The notes beneath the pieces were generated by a model. It made no database searches. It was not told where the DNA came from and saw nothing but the letters and a program-made list of their open reading frames with translations. From the NCBI GenBank assembly GCA_020852275.1, contig JADZBE010000026.1:116316-180315 (forward strand): a DNA stretch of 64,000 nucleotides, in the 5' to 3' direction. Below, in pieces: positions 44,673-54,040 of the stretch (its first letter is position 1; each line of letters opens with the position of its first letter). The translations under genes were made by a program, and so were the position numbers. Source of the stretch: Phycisphaerales bacterium. GTDB lineage: Bacteria > Planctomycetota > Phycisphaerae > UBA1845.

Positions 44673-46425
44673 AGCCCGCCGTGTCGCTCGCGCCGCAACC
44701 CCATTCCCCCGTCACCGACCCACCCTCAAGCGGAACGCCGGTGAACTTGGCCTTGCCCTTGCCGCGCTCGTCCACGATGCCCGCGGAATGCTGACCGTCG
44801 GAGACCGTCACGCTGAACGAGTCACCGGGCCTGCCGCCCGCGAGCACGACCGTCAGTTTCGAGGGCCCGGCCGTCAGGCGGCAGCGCGCCTTCTTGATCT
44901 GCTCCGCTCCGCCGCAGGGACAATCGCCGCCGCCGCAGATGAGCAGGTCGGAGTCGCTCTCATCCTCGCCCGTGCGCCCGTCCGCATCGTGCACGACCAG
45001 CCGAAGGCGCGCCGCCGCGGTGGAAATGTCCGGAACGGTCCACGTGAACAACCCGTCCGGCGCCGTCGCTTCCACGATCGTCGTGTCGAACGTCTGCCCG
45101 CCGTCAGTGGACAGCAGAATGTCCACGTTGCTGACGGCCTCGTCGTCGTCGCTGATCCACAGGATGTCCACCTGCTGCCCCCGGAAGACCGTCTCGCCGC
45201 CTCGAAGGTTCTTCAGATACACGCTGGGATTGCGCCCGCCGGTCGGCTCGGGCATGTGCATCACGATGCAGTGCAGCACGCCCGCGGCGCTGACGATCGA
45301 CTCGGAGTTGATCTGCACGATCGTCTTGTCCGGCAGCGCCTGCTGAAAGACTGCCAGGGCTTCGGCGTTGTGTTGCTGCACGGAACCGTTGGTGTACAGC
45401 GGGATCAGCACCAGATCGTTGCACATGACGACGTTCGTGTAGGTGTAGTGGATGCCGTTGACGCTGCGCGCGGGCGTGCGGAATATGCGATACCCGCGCC
45501 CCGCCAGCGTCGTCGCCGCGCCGTCGCAGATGCGGTCCTGCTGCGAGCCGGAGTTGTTCGGCCAGTCGCTGACGATGATCGCGTCGTCGGCGATGACCTG
45601 CACCCACATGTCGATGTGCTGCGTCGAGTCGATGGTGCGGTCGAACGGATCGAAAAACGTCGTGTCCACGTTCTGGAACTGCTGCCAGAGGTCGTGAATC
45701 TGCTGCTCGGTCTTGTCGAGGTTCTCGTTGTTGATGAGTCGCGTGACGAAGGAGTGCCCCAGCGCGTCGAGGTGGAAGTTGCCGCCGCCGTGGGTCAGCG
45801 GGATATCGTACCGCGCCTGGTTGCGGACGCCGCTCCAGAATACCGGCTGCACGTCGTCGCGCGGGCGCGGGCGGTTGTACTTGTGGTCGATGATCGCCCG
45901 GCAGTCGCCCTCGTAGATGTAGCGCGGGCCGTAATCGCGAATCCAGATCGAGTCCAGCGTCACCTGGTAAAACCGGACACGCGACATGTCCGCGCCCGCC
46001 GACGTGATGCGCGTTCGCGCGTCGCCCTCGTCGCCCGCGTCATCGACCATGACGTACACGTCCGCGTCGCCCTCGTGCGTGATGCGCGCCGCCATCTGCG
46101 CCAAAATCCCGTTCCACGACGTCGAGCCGTTCCACGACATGAGAATCGCCTGCATCGGCTCGTATTCCGCGAGACATCGCACGGGACCGGTGGGCGCGAC
46201 CACGGCGCGATCCGACGGCGTGAAGGGATGTTCGAGCAGGTACCGCTCCTCCTCCGGCGTCAGGTAGCGCGGCAGTGCGTCGCCGGGGCCTTCTCCTTCG
46301 CTGTCGGGCCGGTTCTGCGCCGTCGCGGCAGGAGCGTAACCCATCGCCGACGGCAGCAGCGCAGCCGCCGCGGCGAGAAGACCCCTGATTCCCAGCCGGC
46401 GCAACGAGAACAAGCGGCTCCACAT
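44659..46425 (-). CDS. Secreted agmatine deiminase / Porphyromonas-type peptidyl-arginine deiminase family protein with C-terminal extra domains
   Basis: ATG 46425 follows AGGAGG. The signal peptide is MWSRLFSLRRLGIRGLLAAAAALLPSAMG. Family motifs are WIRDYGPRY, HGGGNFHLD and IDMWVQVI, and the catalytic-Cys region is AAGVLHCIVMH. About 170 extra C-terminal residues are present. Confidence 0.8.
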   Translation of the reverse strand: MWSRLFSLRRLGIRGLLAAAAALLPSAMGYAPAATAQNRPDSEGEGPGDALPRYLTPEEERYLLEHPFTPSDRAVVAPTGPVRCLAEYEPMQAILMSWNGSTSWNGILAQMAARITHEGDADVYVMVDDAGDEGDARTRITSAGADMSRVRFYQVTLDSIWIRDYGPRYIYEGDCRAIIDHKYNRPRPRDDVQPVFWSGVRNQARYDIPLTHGGGNFHLDALGHSFVTRLINNENLDKTEQQIHDLWQQFQNVDTTFFDPFDRTIDSTQHIDMWVQVIADDAIIVSDWPNNSGSQQDRICDGAATTLAGRGYRIFRTPARSVNGIHYTYTNVVMCNDLVLIPLYTNGSVQQHNAEALAVFQQALPDKTIVQINSESIVSAAGVLHCIVMHMPEPTGGRNPSVYLKNLRGGETVFRGQQVDILWISDDDEAVSNVDILLSTDGGQTFDTTIVEATAPDGLFTWTVPDISTAAARLRLVVHDADGRTGEDESDSDLLICGGGDCPCGGAEQIKKARCRLTAGPSKLTVVLAGGRPGDSFSVTVSDGQHSAGIVDERGKGKAKFTGVPLEGGSVTGEWGCGASDTAGFTCP

Positions 46426-46843
46426 GTCGAATCCCTCCTGATGACCAGTGCGTTCCCCCTGAGACTGGATTATACGAACCGTCGCCGATGACTCCAACGC
46501 CGGCGGCCGGGCCAGGGCCCTTCAATTCTCGGCAGGGTGGCATGCTCTCGCTGTACTCAGCGTGAGCCTGTTGCCAGATGCGCACGCATGTGACCCAGGG
46601 AAGCTGCCATTCTGAGCTTGTCTGCACGGCCCTGCCCTACTCGGTCGCTGCGTGGACGTCGCTTGCTTGCCCGGTCGAAAATGAGGGACGAGTGGATCGC
46701 CGTAGCAGGGAAACGGGATGATTGAAAGGCCCTGGCGGAGACCCCCGCGCGCTTTTGGGAATCGGGTTCAGCCGCTACAATGTCCCCGCCTTCTGGGCCG
46801 GGGCTTCGTAGGAATCGCACTGCCGGGGATAGGAGCACAAGCG

Positions 46844-48031
46844 ATGCAGAAGAGTCATGCTTTGCGCAGCGGGAGTGTTCTCCTGCTGGCTGTCTGGACC
46901 ACCGCGTCGCTGTGCCACGCGCAGACCACGGTGCGCGTGGCCACGTGGAACATCGAGAGCCTCGGCGCCCGCGGCTCCAGCCAGTACGCCGCCGAACTTG
47001 CGGTGCTCAACCGCCTCTGCCCCGACGTGGTCGGCATCAACGAGATCGACGGCAACGGCGAGATCGACGACTTCCACAACCTCGCGGCCGACGCGGGCTT
47101 CTCCTTCACCCTCGTGCCCGACACCAACCCCTTCGGCACGCTGCGCAACGGGGTCATGAGCAAGCTGCCGTTCCTCAGCCAGACGATTCACACGTCCGCG
47201 GCGCTGTCCGGGGATTCGAGTGCCAATGACTTGACACGTCTGATGATCGAAGTCGTCGTGGACGTGCCTGACAGCGCGGTGGACCTGACCCTGCTTTCCG
47301 AGCACTGGAAGTCCGGCGTCACCGACAACGACGAGTTCCGCCGCGTGGTCGAGTCCATCCGCATGACGCAGGCCATTCCCGATCTCGACCGCGGACTCGA
47401 CGCATACGTCTTCATGGGGGACGTGAACGAGGAAATCGCGGAGGTTCCTCGCAGCCCGAATCCCTTCACTTCCGTCCCCAACGGCATGCCCAACGGCTGG
47501 CGGCTGGGCAGCGATCTGCAGGCGATCCTCAACGGTCCGGGCCTGCAGAACGACCCGTTCACCTATCTGACGGACGTGCAGGGACCTGCTCTGAATCCGC
47601 TGGACGCCCGGCAGAAAGACGGAAGCCGCACGACGCGCGACTCGTCCGGCCGGCGCATCGACTACATCCTCGTCAGCGACCTGCTCGCGTCGTTCAATCC
47701 GCCATCGGAGGTGTACGACTCCCGCGATGAGGGCCTCAGCGGCGGGCTTGCGAAGTGCGGCTCGCAGCTTTCTTCAGGCACCAGCGCCTCGGCCTCGGAT
47801 CACTTTCCGCTGTTCGCCGATCTCACGATCCCAGCAGGCGGCGGCGGCACGTACGGCGACGGCGACCTCGACGGCGACGTGGACCTGCGCGACGCGGCGG
47901 AGTTCATGAACTGCTTCACCGGAGCCGGCGGCAGCGCCGACGCGGGATGCCGCAAGTTCGACAACAACGGCGACAACGACGTGGACCGCGCCGACTACCG
48001 CGCATTCTGGCTGGCGATCACGGGACCGTAA
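46844..48031 (+). CDS. Secreted endonuclease/exonuclease/phosphatase (EEP) family protein with C-terminal dockerin-like module
   Basis: ATG 46844 follows AGGAGC. A signal peptide is present. EEP motifs are VATWNIESLG, VVGINEIDG and SDHFPLFADL. The C-terminus GDLDGDVDLRDAAEFMNCF...DNNGDNDVDRADYRAFWLAI is a pair of EF-hand/dockerin-type segments. Confidence 0.8.
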   Translation: MQKSHALRSGSVLLLAVWTTASLCHAQTTVRVATWNIESLGARGSSQYAAELAVLNRLCPDVVGINEIDGNGEIDDFHNLAADAGFSFTLVPDTNPFGTLRNGVMSKLPFLSQTIHTSAALSGDSSANDLTRLMIEVVVDVPDSAVDLTLLSEHWKSGVTDNDEFRRVVESIRMTQAIPDLDRGLDAYVFMGDVNEEIAEVPRSPNPFTSVPNGMPNGWRLGSDLQAILNGPGLQNDPFTYLTDVQGPALNPLDARQKDGSRTTRDSSGRRIDYILVSDLLASFNPPSEVYDSRDEGLSGGLAKCGSQLSSGTSASASDHFPLFADLTIPAGGGGTYGDGDLDGDVDLRDAAEFMNCFTGAGGSADAGCRKFDNNGDNDVDRADYRAFWLAITGP

Positions 48032-48081
48032 GCCCCAGTGACCCGGTCCTCTCCCGACGCCATTCACCCGGACTTCCGCAC

Positions 48082-48750
48082 ATGGACGGGCTGATCCTCG
48101 TGCCGTCTTCCAACCGTTACGATCCGGGCGCTCCGCCCGAGGAAGCCCTGCGCCGATTTCACGACGTCATGCGGCGACGACGATCCGTGCGGAATTTCTC
48201 ACCACGCCCCGTTTCACGCGAGACGATTGAGGGGATTGTCCGTGTTGCCGCCTCCGCGCCGAGCGGCGCCAACAAGCAGCCGTGGCGTTTCGTGTGCGTG
48301 CAGGACCCAGCGCTGAAGCGTCAGATCCGCCTTGGCGCCGAGGAGCAGGAGCGCGAGCTGTTCCAGCGAAGAGCGAACGCCGAATGGCGTGCCGACCTGC
48401 GTCGGCTCGGCACGGACGAGCATAAGGAGTTCCTGGAAATCGCGCCTTGGCTGATCGTGGTCTTTCGCTTGACGCGGGGGGACGACGGCTCGCAGGTCTA
48501 CTACGCCAGTGAATCCGTCGGCATCGCGGTAGGCTTCTTGATCGCCGCCGCCCACCACGCCGGCTTGGCCGTGTTGACCCACACACCCAGCCCTATGAAG
48601 TTTCTCTGTAGTATTCTTGGTCGTCCTGAAAATGAACGCCCGTACTTCCTGACCCCCGTCGGTTATCCAACCACGAACGGCCTGGTGCCTGCCGCGGCGA
48701 TCGAAAGAAAACCACTCGAGCAGGTGATGGTGGTTGACAAAAGCCGATAA
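48082..48750 (+). CDS. Nitroreductase family protein (iodotyrosine-deiodinase-like subgroup)
   Basis: The ORF is trimmed to ATG 48082. RRRSVRNFSPRPVSRETIEGIVRVAASAPSGANKQPWRFVCV matches the N-terminal FMN-binding pattern of nitroreductases. Confidence 0.8.
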   Translation: MDGLILVPSSNRYDPGAPPEEALRRFHDVMRRRRSVRNFSPRPVSRETIEGIVRVAASAPSGANKQPWRFVCVQDPALKRQIRLGAEEQERELFQRRANAEWRADLRRLGTDEHKEFLEIAPWLIVVFRLTRGDDGSQVYYASESVGIAVGFLIAAAHHAGLAVLTHTPSPMKFLCSILGRPENERPYFLTPVGYPTTNGLVPAAAIERKPLEQVMVVDKSR

Positions 48751-48986
48751 CTGGCATAGATTGTATGCGATTGCACTATTCGGGACCGGGTGCGAGGATC
48801 CCGAAGCTTCGGCTCGCTTGGGCCGTTGCAATGTGACGCGACCCCGGAATGGGCCAAGCTGTTCCCTGAGTTTACATCTCTAGTTCGCGTGTTTCCCGGA
48901 CGTTGACCGAACTCCGTCAGCAGCGGAGAGGGTCTGCGTTGCGGGTGGGTTGATGCATTGTCGTTTTGAGTGAAGGAGTTCCAAAG

Positions 48987-49595
48987 ATGAAGAAAACTGC
49001 GATTTGCCTGCTGGCGTTGGGTTTGGTGTTCGGCATGGGCGCGACGGTCAACGCCGAGTGCACCTGCAAGGCCAACGAGAAGACCGGCAGCGGCTGGTGC
49101 ACGGACTGCAAGCACGGGCTTTGCTACGGCGTGGAGGTCAAGAACGAAGACCTGTACAAGGCGCTGGCGGGCACGAAGGTGGACGCCAAGGCGCTGAAGT
49201 GCGAAGGCTGCAAGGCCGTGGCGGAGAAGGGCGGCACGTGTGACCACTGCAAGATCACCTATGCCAACGGCATGTCCTACGGCTCGTTCGTCTCCGCGGC
49301 GCTGTGCTGCGGCAAGATGACCGACCCGGCCACGATTAAGTGCGAAGCCTGCAAGGGCGCCGCCGAGGGCAAGAGCGAAGGCGCTTATTGCGACGCCTGC
49401 AAGGCCGGCTTCGTCGGTCACTTCGCCTTTGCGACCAAGACCGCCTACGACGCCGCCAAGGGCGCGATGAAGGTCCTCGCCAACGCGGCCAAGACCTGCG
49501 CGACGTGCCCGACCTGCGCCAAGGCCATGGTCACCAACGGCACCTGCGACAAGTGCAAGGCGACGTACCTGAATGGCGAGAAGAAGAAGGCCTAA
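48987..49595 (+). CDS. Secreted Cys-rich protein with four tandem Cys4 knuckle modules (unknown function)
   Basis: ATG 48987 lies 9 nt after GAAGGAG. The signal peptide is MKKTAICLLALGLVFGMGATVNA. The modules are CTCK-x10-CTDCK, CEGCK-x8-CDHCK, CEACK-x11-CDACK and CATCPTCAK-x7-CDKCK. Each is followed by an aromatic-containing strand. Confidence 0.65.
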   Translation: MKKTAICLLALGLVFGMGATVNAECTCKANEKTGSGWCTDCKHGLCYGVEVKNEDLYKALAGTKVDAKALKCEGCKAVAEKGGTCDHCKITYANGMSYGSFVSAALCCGKMTDPATIKCEACKGAAEGKSEGAYCDACKAGFVGHFAFATKTAYDAAKGAMKVLANAAKTCATCPTCAKAMVTNGTCDKCKATYLNGEKKKA

Positions 49596-49663
49596 GCATG
49601 AAGCCTGGGCGTAAGGCCTAGGCCCAGGGCCGCGGCATTCCAGCCGCATCGCATGCTGCACCG

Positions 49664-49718
49664 TGTGGCACCGGTTTCCAACCGGTGATCTGTGGCACAG
49701 GTTTCCAACCTGTGCAGC
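49664..49718. repeat. Twin-hairpin repeat, inverted copy of the 3033 family
   Basis: TGTGGCACCGGTTTCCAACCGGTGATCTGTGGCACAGGTTTCCAACCTGTGCAGC is the reverse orientation of the 52-bp unit at 3033..3136. Confidence 0.85.
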
Positions 49719-49746
49719 AAGGCTGAGGACAATTCGACGGACCGGC

Positions 49747-49782
49747 GACCACGCGTCGCCGGTCCGTTTTTCATGCCCACAC
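49747..49782 (+). terminator. Rho-independent terminator
   Basis: A 13-bp perfect stem ACGGACCGGCGAC/GTCGCCGGTCCGT with loop CACGC is followed by TTTTTC. Confidence 0.75.
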
Positions 49783-49856
49783 CTGTGGCGAGTTCAAGAC
49801 GCCGCCTCTACATTTGATCCCTGTCCTCGACAATCAACAGAGGAAGGGGACGACTC

Positions 49857-52490
49857 ATGACCCGCATCGCAACTCGAATCGCATCGCACATGAAGCGGGT
49901 GGCCGTGATCCTGCTTGGCTTCACTGCCGCCACGACACGGAGTCAGGAGACTCCTCCCGCCCTTCAATTCGAGGAGGCGCTCGTCCTGCCCGCCCTGGGG
50001 AAGTTCCAGCGCACGCCGGTGTACACCGACGAAGTGGAATACCTGCGTGCCCACGGCCAGCTCGAGAGCCCGAAGGAAGGCGCTGCGATAGCCTCTGCCA
50101 ACGGCGTGGAGGGAACTTGGAAGCGAATCCGCGCCGCCGAGGACGGCTTTTTCCGGGACGACGCGCTCGGCGGCGGTTACGCGTTTCTGTCATGGGACTC
50201 GCCCGGCGACCGTGTCCTGCTGCTCAGCGCCACGGGTCAAAGCGCCGCCTTCGTCAACGGCGAACCGCGCGCCGGCGATCCGTACAACTACGGGAAGCTG
50301 GCCCTCCCCGTCCGCATCCGCGCGGGCCGCAACGAGATCCTCCTGCCCTGCGGGCGCGGGCAGGTCAAGGTCAGCCTCACGCCTGCGCCCAAGCCGCTCT
50401 TTCTTGATACGAAGGACCTCACACTGCCGAACCTGCTCGTCGGTGAGGAGACGAAGACCTGCGGCGCGATCACCGTGGTCAACGCGACGCGCCTGCCGGC
50501 TTCCCTGCTTCGGATCGGCGCCTCCGTCGGCGGCGGCAAGGAGCGGATCAGCCGCGAGGTTTCTCTGGTGGAGCTTTCCGCGAGAAAGTGCGCCTTTCCG
50601 CTTGAAACCGACGAACGATGGGCAGCCGAAGCCGATGCGCCGCTGCGCGTGCGGCTCTACGCGGGCGACCCCGGCGGTCGCCGCGTGCTGGACGAGACCA
50701 CCGTAAGCCTCAAGGTCGTGCGCGCGAACGCGCCGCACGCGCGGACGTTTCTCAGCTCGATCGACGACAGCGTGCAGTATTTCGCCGTCATGCCCCGCGC
50801 GAACCGAATCGAGAAGTCCGCGCCCGCCAAGGACAGCGCCGAGCCATCCGCGGCAACCGCGTATCCGCCCGCGACTTCCGTGGATCCCCCGGCGCCCGCG
50901 CTGTTCATCTCCTTGCACGGTGCGGGAGTTGAAGCCTCGGGACAGGCCGCGTGCTATGCGCCGAAGGATTGGGGCGTCGTCGTCGCACCGACGAACCGCC
51001 GTTCCTTCGGCTTCGACTGGGAGGACTGGGGCCGGCTGGATGCGCTGGAAGTGCTGGACATCGCCTCGCGGGCGTTCGGCGTTGATCCGTCGCGCGTGTA
51101 CTTGACGGGCCATTCGATGGGCGGGCACGGCACGTGGCAGATTGGCGCCACGCTGCCGGAGCGCTTCGCCGCGATCGGCCCCAGCGCGGGCTGGGAGACC
51201 TTCTGGTCGTACACGGGGGCGGCGAGGCTCGCGGCGGACGATCCGGTTGAAGCCATGCTCGCGCGGGCGACGAACCCGAGCGACACCGTCGCGCTAATGC
51301 GCAACTACGCTCAACTCGGCGTGTATGTTCTGCACGGCGACGCTGACGACAACGTGCCCGTGGCGCGGGCGCGGGCGATGCGCTCGCGGCTCGCGGAGTT
51401 TCACGGAGACTTCGCCTATTACGAGCGTCCCAGCGCGGGGCACTGGTGGGGCAATGCCTGCGTCGACTGGCCTGCCATGTTCGAATTCTTTCAGCGCCAC
51501 GCGCGGCCGGCGCTGGAAGACGTTCGGCACGTCGAGTTCATCACGGCCAACCCTGGCGTCTCGTCGCGCTGCGACTGGCTGACCCTCGAGGCGCAGGTTC
51601 ATCCGTTGATGTTCAGCAGCGCGGACATCCGGCTGGAAGCGGAGCGCAACGCTTTCACCGGCACGACGGAAAACGTCGAGCGGTTGTCTGTTGATCTCGT
51701 CGCCCTGCGAAAAGCGTGGGCCTCACGCACGCCCGCGAAGGATGATCCGTCGTCATCGCCGGCGTCCCCGCCCTCGTCGCTCTCCGTGACACTCGATGGT
51801 CAAACGATTGCCGACATTACGGTCCCAGTCGACGAGGGGGCGCTCCACTTCACGCGCGTTGCGGATCACTGGACGCTCGACCTCAACGGCCCCGCCCCGC
51901 CGTGGATGAAAAGCCCCCGCCGCTACGGACCGTTCAAGGACGCTTTCCGCAACCGCATGATCTTTGTGTACGGCACGCAAGGGTCCGCGGAAGAGAACGC
52001 CTGGGCGCTCGCCAAAGCGCGCTTCGATGCCGAGACCTTCTGGTATCGCGGCAACGGCTCGCCGGACGTCGTGGCCGACATGAACTTCGACTCAACAAAG
52101 GAGCCGGACCGCAGCGTCATTCTCTACGGCCACTCAGCGATGAACGCTGCTTGGAGTCGCTTGCTGCCGCAGGATTGCCCCGTCGTGGCCAAGCCCGGGT
52201 CGGTCCGGATCGGCGAGAGCGATTTTCGTGGCGACGATCTGGCGTGCCTGTTCGTTCGTCCACGCCCCGGCAGCGAGACGGCCTGCGTCGCGGTTATCGC
52301 GGGGACGGGGCTTCCTGGCATGCGTGTGACAGACCGTTTCCCCGTATTCATGTCCGGCGTGGCGTATCCGGATTGCATCGTGATCTCCAGCGAGATGTTG
52401 CGCACGGGCGCGAAAGCCGTGCGCGCGGCGGGATTCTTCGGCAACGACTGGAGCGTTGAACGGGGCGAGTTTGCGTTTAGAAGCGAGTGA
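49857..52490 (+). CDS. Secreted alpha/beta hydrolase (prolyl oligopeptidase/esterase-type catalytic domain) with large flanking domains
   Basis: ATG 49857 lies 7 nt after GAGGAAGGGG. The nucleophile elbow is YLTGHSMGGHGTW. HGDADDNVPV and SAGHWWG are consistent with a Ser-Asp-His hydrolase. A signal-like segment (KRVAVILLGFTAATT) is present. Confidence 0.75.
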   Translation: MTRIATRIASHMKRVAVILLGFTAATTRSQETPPALQFEEALVLPALGKFQRTPVYTDEVEYLRAHGQLESPKEGAAIASANGVEGTWKRIRAAEDGFFRDDALGGGYAFLSWDSPGDRVLLLSATGQSAAFVNGEPRAGDPYNYGKLALPVRIRAGRNEILLPCGRGQVKVSLTPAPKPLFLDTKDLTLPNLLVGEETKTCGAITVVNATRLPASLLRIGASVGGGKERISREVSLVELSARKCAFPLETDERWAAEADAPLRVRLYAGDPGGRRVLDETTVSLKVVRANAPHARTFLSSIDDSVQYFAVMPRANRIEKSAPAKDSAEPSAATAYPPATSVDPPAPALFISLHGAGVEASGQAACYAPKDWGVVVAPTNRRSFGFDWEDWGRLDALEVLDIASRAFGVDPSRVYLTGHSMGGHGTWQIGATLPERFAAIGPSAGWETFWSYTGAARLAADDPVEAMLARATNPSDTVALMRNYAQLGVYVLHGDADDNVPVARARAMRSRLAEFHGDFAYYERPSAGHWWGNACVDWPAMFEFFQRHARPALEDVRHVEFITANPGVSSRCDWLTLEAQVHPLMFSSADIRLEAERNAFTGTTENVERLSVDLVALRKAWASRTPAKDDPSSSPASPPSSLSVTLDGQTIADITVPVDEGALHFTRVADHWTLDLNGPAPPWMKSPRRYGPFKDAFRNRMIFVYGTQGSAEENAWALAKARFDAETFWYRGNGSPDVVADMNFDSTKEPDRSVILYGHSAMNAAWSRLLPQDCPVVAKPGSVRIGESDFRGDDLACLFVRPRPGSETACVAVIAGTGLPGMRVTDRFPVFMSGVAYPDCIVISSEMLRTGAKAVRAAGFFGNDWSVERGEFAFRSE

Positions 52491-52577
52491 CAAGCCTGCG
52501 TGTCGGCGCCCTGCTCATCGGCGGGGCTCGGTTCAGCGCGCGGCATGCAGCTCTCGTGCCCGACGTGCTGCGACGCA

Positions 52578-53642
52578 TCAATCCCATCCAACCAGCAGGA
52601 CTTCGCGCGTCGCGCGATCCGTCGAAAGCGCGTAGGGTTGCTCCGCTCGCGCGTGGCATACGACGTGGCGTTTCCGCTCGCGGAGCAGCGCCTCCAGCGC
52701 CTCCACCGATGGAATCCCGTTGCTGCGGTATGAGACGGCGAGGATGCTTCCGCGAAACCGGTCGAAGAGGCGGGTGAAGCAGTCGGCGATCGTCTCCGCA
52801 CGGGCCCACGGATCGGCCTTGCGCGCGAGCGGTCGATGCTTCAACGTCGCGTCGATGAGCATCGGCCACTCCTCGTAGCGCACGAGGCCTTCGAGAAAGT
52901 GGTAGAACTCGCGGTAGTCCACGCCGACGCCGGACGCGCTGACGTACGGCGGGTCGATGTAAACCAGGTCAAAGCCCGGTTCGATCTCCAGCGCGTCCGC
53001 GCACACGGCGCGGCAGGGCAGCCCGTTGTCGAAGACGGCGTCGTTTGCCTCCCGCGCGAAGGCGCGAAGGTGCGCCTCGAACGGTGTGTCCCACGTCGCT
53101 TTGTTGCCGAAGGTCCGCTCCACGTCGGCCAGGCGCATGTAGAGGTTGGCGCGATGAAAGAGGTTGTACGGGCGCTTGGCAATCGCCGCCTGGAACACGG
53201 CGAACGACGACAGCGCCTGCTTGAACGGGCAGCGCACCGCGGCGAGGTTGACCGCAAGCCGATCCAGCAGGGCGTTCTCATCATCCGTGAAATACACGCC
53301 CTGAAACGTGCGCTGGATGAAGTCGTCGTAGCGCACGCCCTCGTGGGCGGCCAGCAGGAAATCGATGTCCGACTCCTCAAGGCGAACGTCGCGGTTCTCG
53401 ATCAGCGCCAGGCCGATGCGATGGTTGAAGCGAAGCAGATCGTTGCAGGTGACCTGCTTGCCGGCGCACTTGAAGGCAAATGCGACGCTGCCGGTGCCGC
53501 CGAAAGCATCGAGCACTGTTCGATACTCGAGATCGGCGAGGCGCTCGACGATCCACTCGGCGCTGCGGCGCTTGCTCCCCTGATACCTCGTCGCGGGGAA
53601 CCGCTCGAAGTCGTGATGGGTTGGCGTGAACAGCGTCGGCAT
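52578..53642 (-). CDS. DNA adenine methyltransferase, D12 class (Dam-like), apparently orphan
   Basis: Motifs are RYQGSKRR, LDAFGGTGSV (SAM binding) and VYIDPPY (catalytic DPPY). The start is uncertain (ATG 53642 or GTG 53702). Confidence 0.8.
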   Translation of the reverse strand: MPTLFTPTHHDFERFPATRYQGSKRRSAEWIVERLADLEYRTVLDAFGGTGSVAFAFKCAGKQVTCNDLLRFNHRIGLALIENRDVRLEESDIDFLLAAHEGVRYDDFIQRTFQGVYFTDDENALLDRLAVNLAAVRCPFKQALSSFAVFQAAIAKRPYNLFHRANLYMRLADVERTFGNKATWDTPFEAHLRAFAREANDAVFDNGLPCRAVCADALEIEPGFDLVYIDPPYVSASGVGVDYREFYHFLEGLVRYEEWPMLIDATLKHRPLARKADPWARAETIADCFTRLFDRFRGSILAVSYRSNGIPSVEALEALLRERKRHVVCHARAEQPYALSTDRATREVLLVGWD

Positions 53643-53755
53643 CCCGCGCAGTGTATGGGACGTGTGCGCTTTCGCCACCGACGAAGTTCGCGCCTTGGCC
53701 ACAGACAGGGAGCGCGGTCACGGACCGGTCCCCGGGGCGTTCGCGCGTGCCGGTC

Positions 53756-53835
53756 AGGTGGGGCAGCTCTCCGAGCTGCCATAGGTGGGGCAGCTCTCCG
53801 AGCTGCCAAGGGTCCAGCAGTTCTCTGAGCTGCTG
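53756..53835. promoter_or_regulatory. Three tandem 27-bp units each containing an 8-bp-arm palindrome (candidate operator array)
   Basis: AGGTGGGGCAGCTCTCCGAGCTGCCAT occurs twice (53756, 53783), then a degenerate third unit (CAGCAGTTCTCTGAGCTGCTG). GGCAGCTC-TCC-GAGCTGCC is a perfect inverted repeat. The array lies between the divergent Dam-like and S8 genes. Confidence 0.6.
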
Positions 53836-54040
53836 CGTCGTCCGTGCAGTAGAGTCCTGCGCTCAAGGCAGAAAATACCTCTATTCTGCACCGCAACCTC
53901 TCCCGCTGCGCAGCCCGATAGAAATCCTGCAAGGGTGTCAGCTGGCGCATCCCGCGCAGCGCGCCGATAGTCCACGTGAGGATCAGGTCGCGGCCCACTC
54001 GTCGAAGCCGCCGGCCGAAATTGCCCGCCCGAGGACCGTC

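Noticed and set aside
48987-49595. A multihaem c-type cytochrome interpretation of the Cys-rich secreted protein.
   Set aside because: None of the Cys pairs is followed by His, so there is no CxxCH. The residue after the second Cys is almost always Lys.
52490-54040. A complete restriction-modification system around the Dam-like methyltransferase.
   Set aside because: No ORF with nuclease-like motifs or sensible composition flanks the methyltransferase. It is treated as an orphan.
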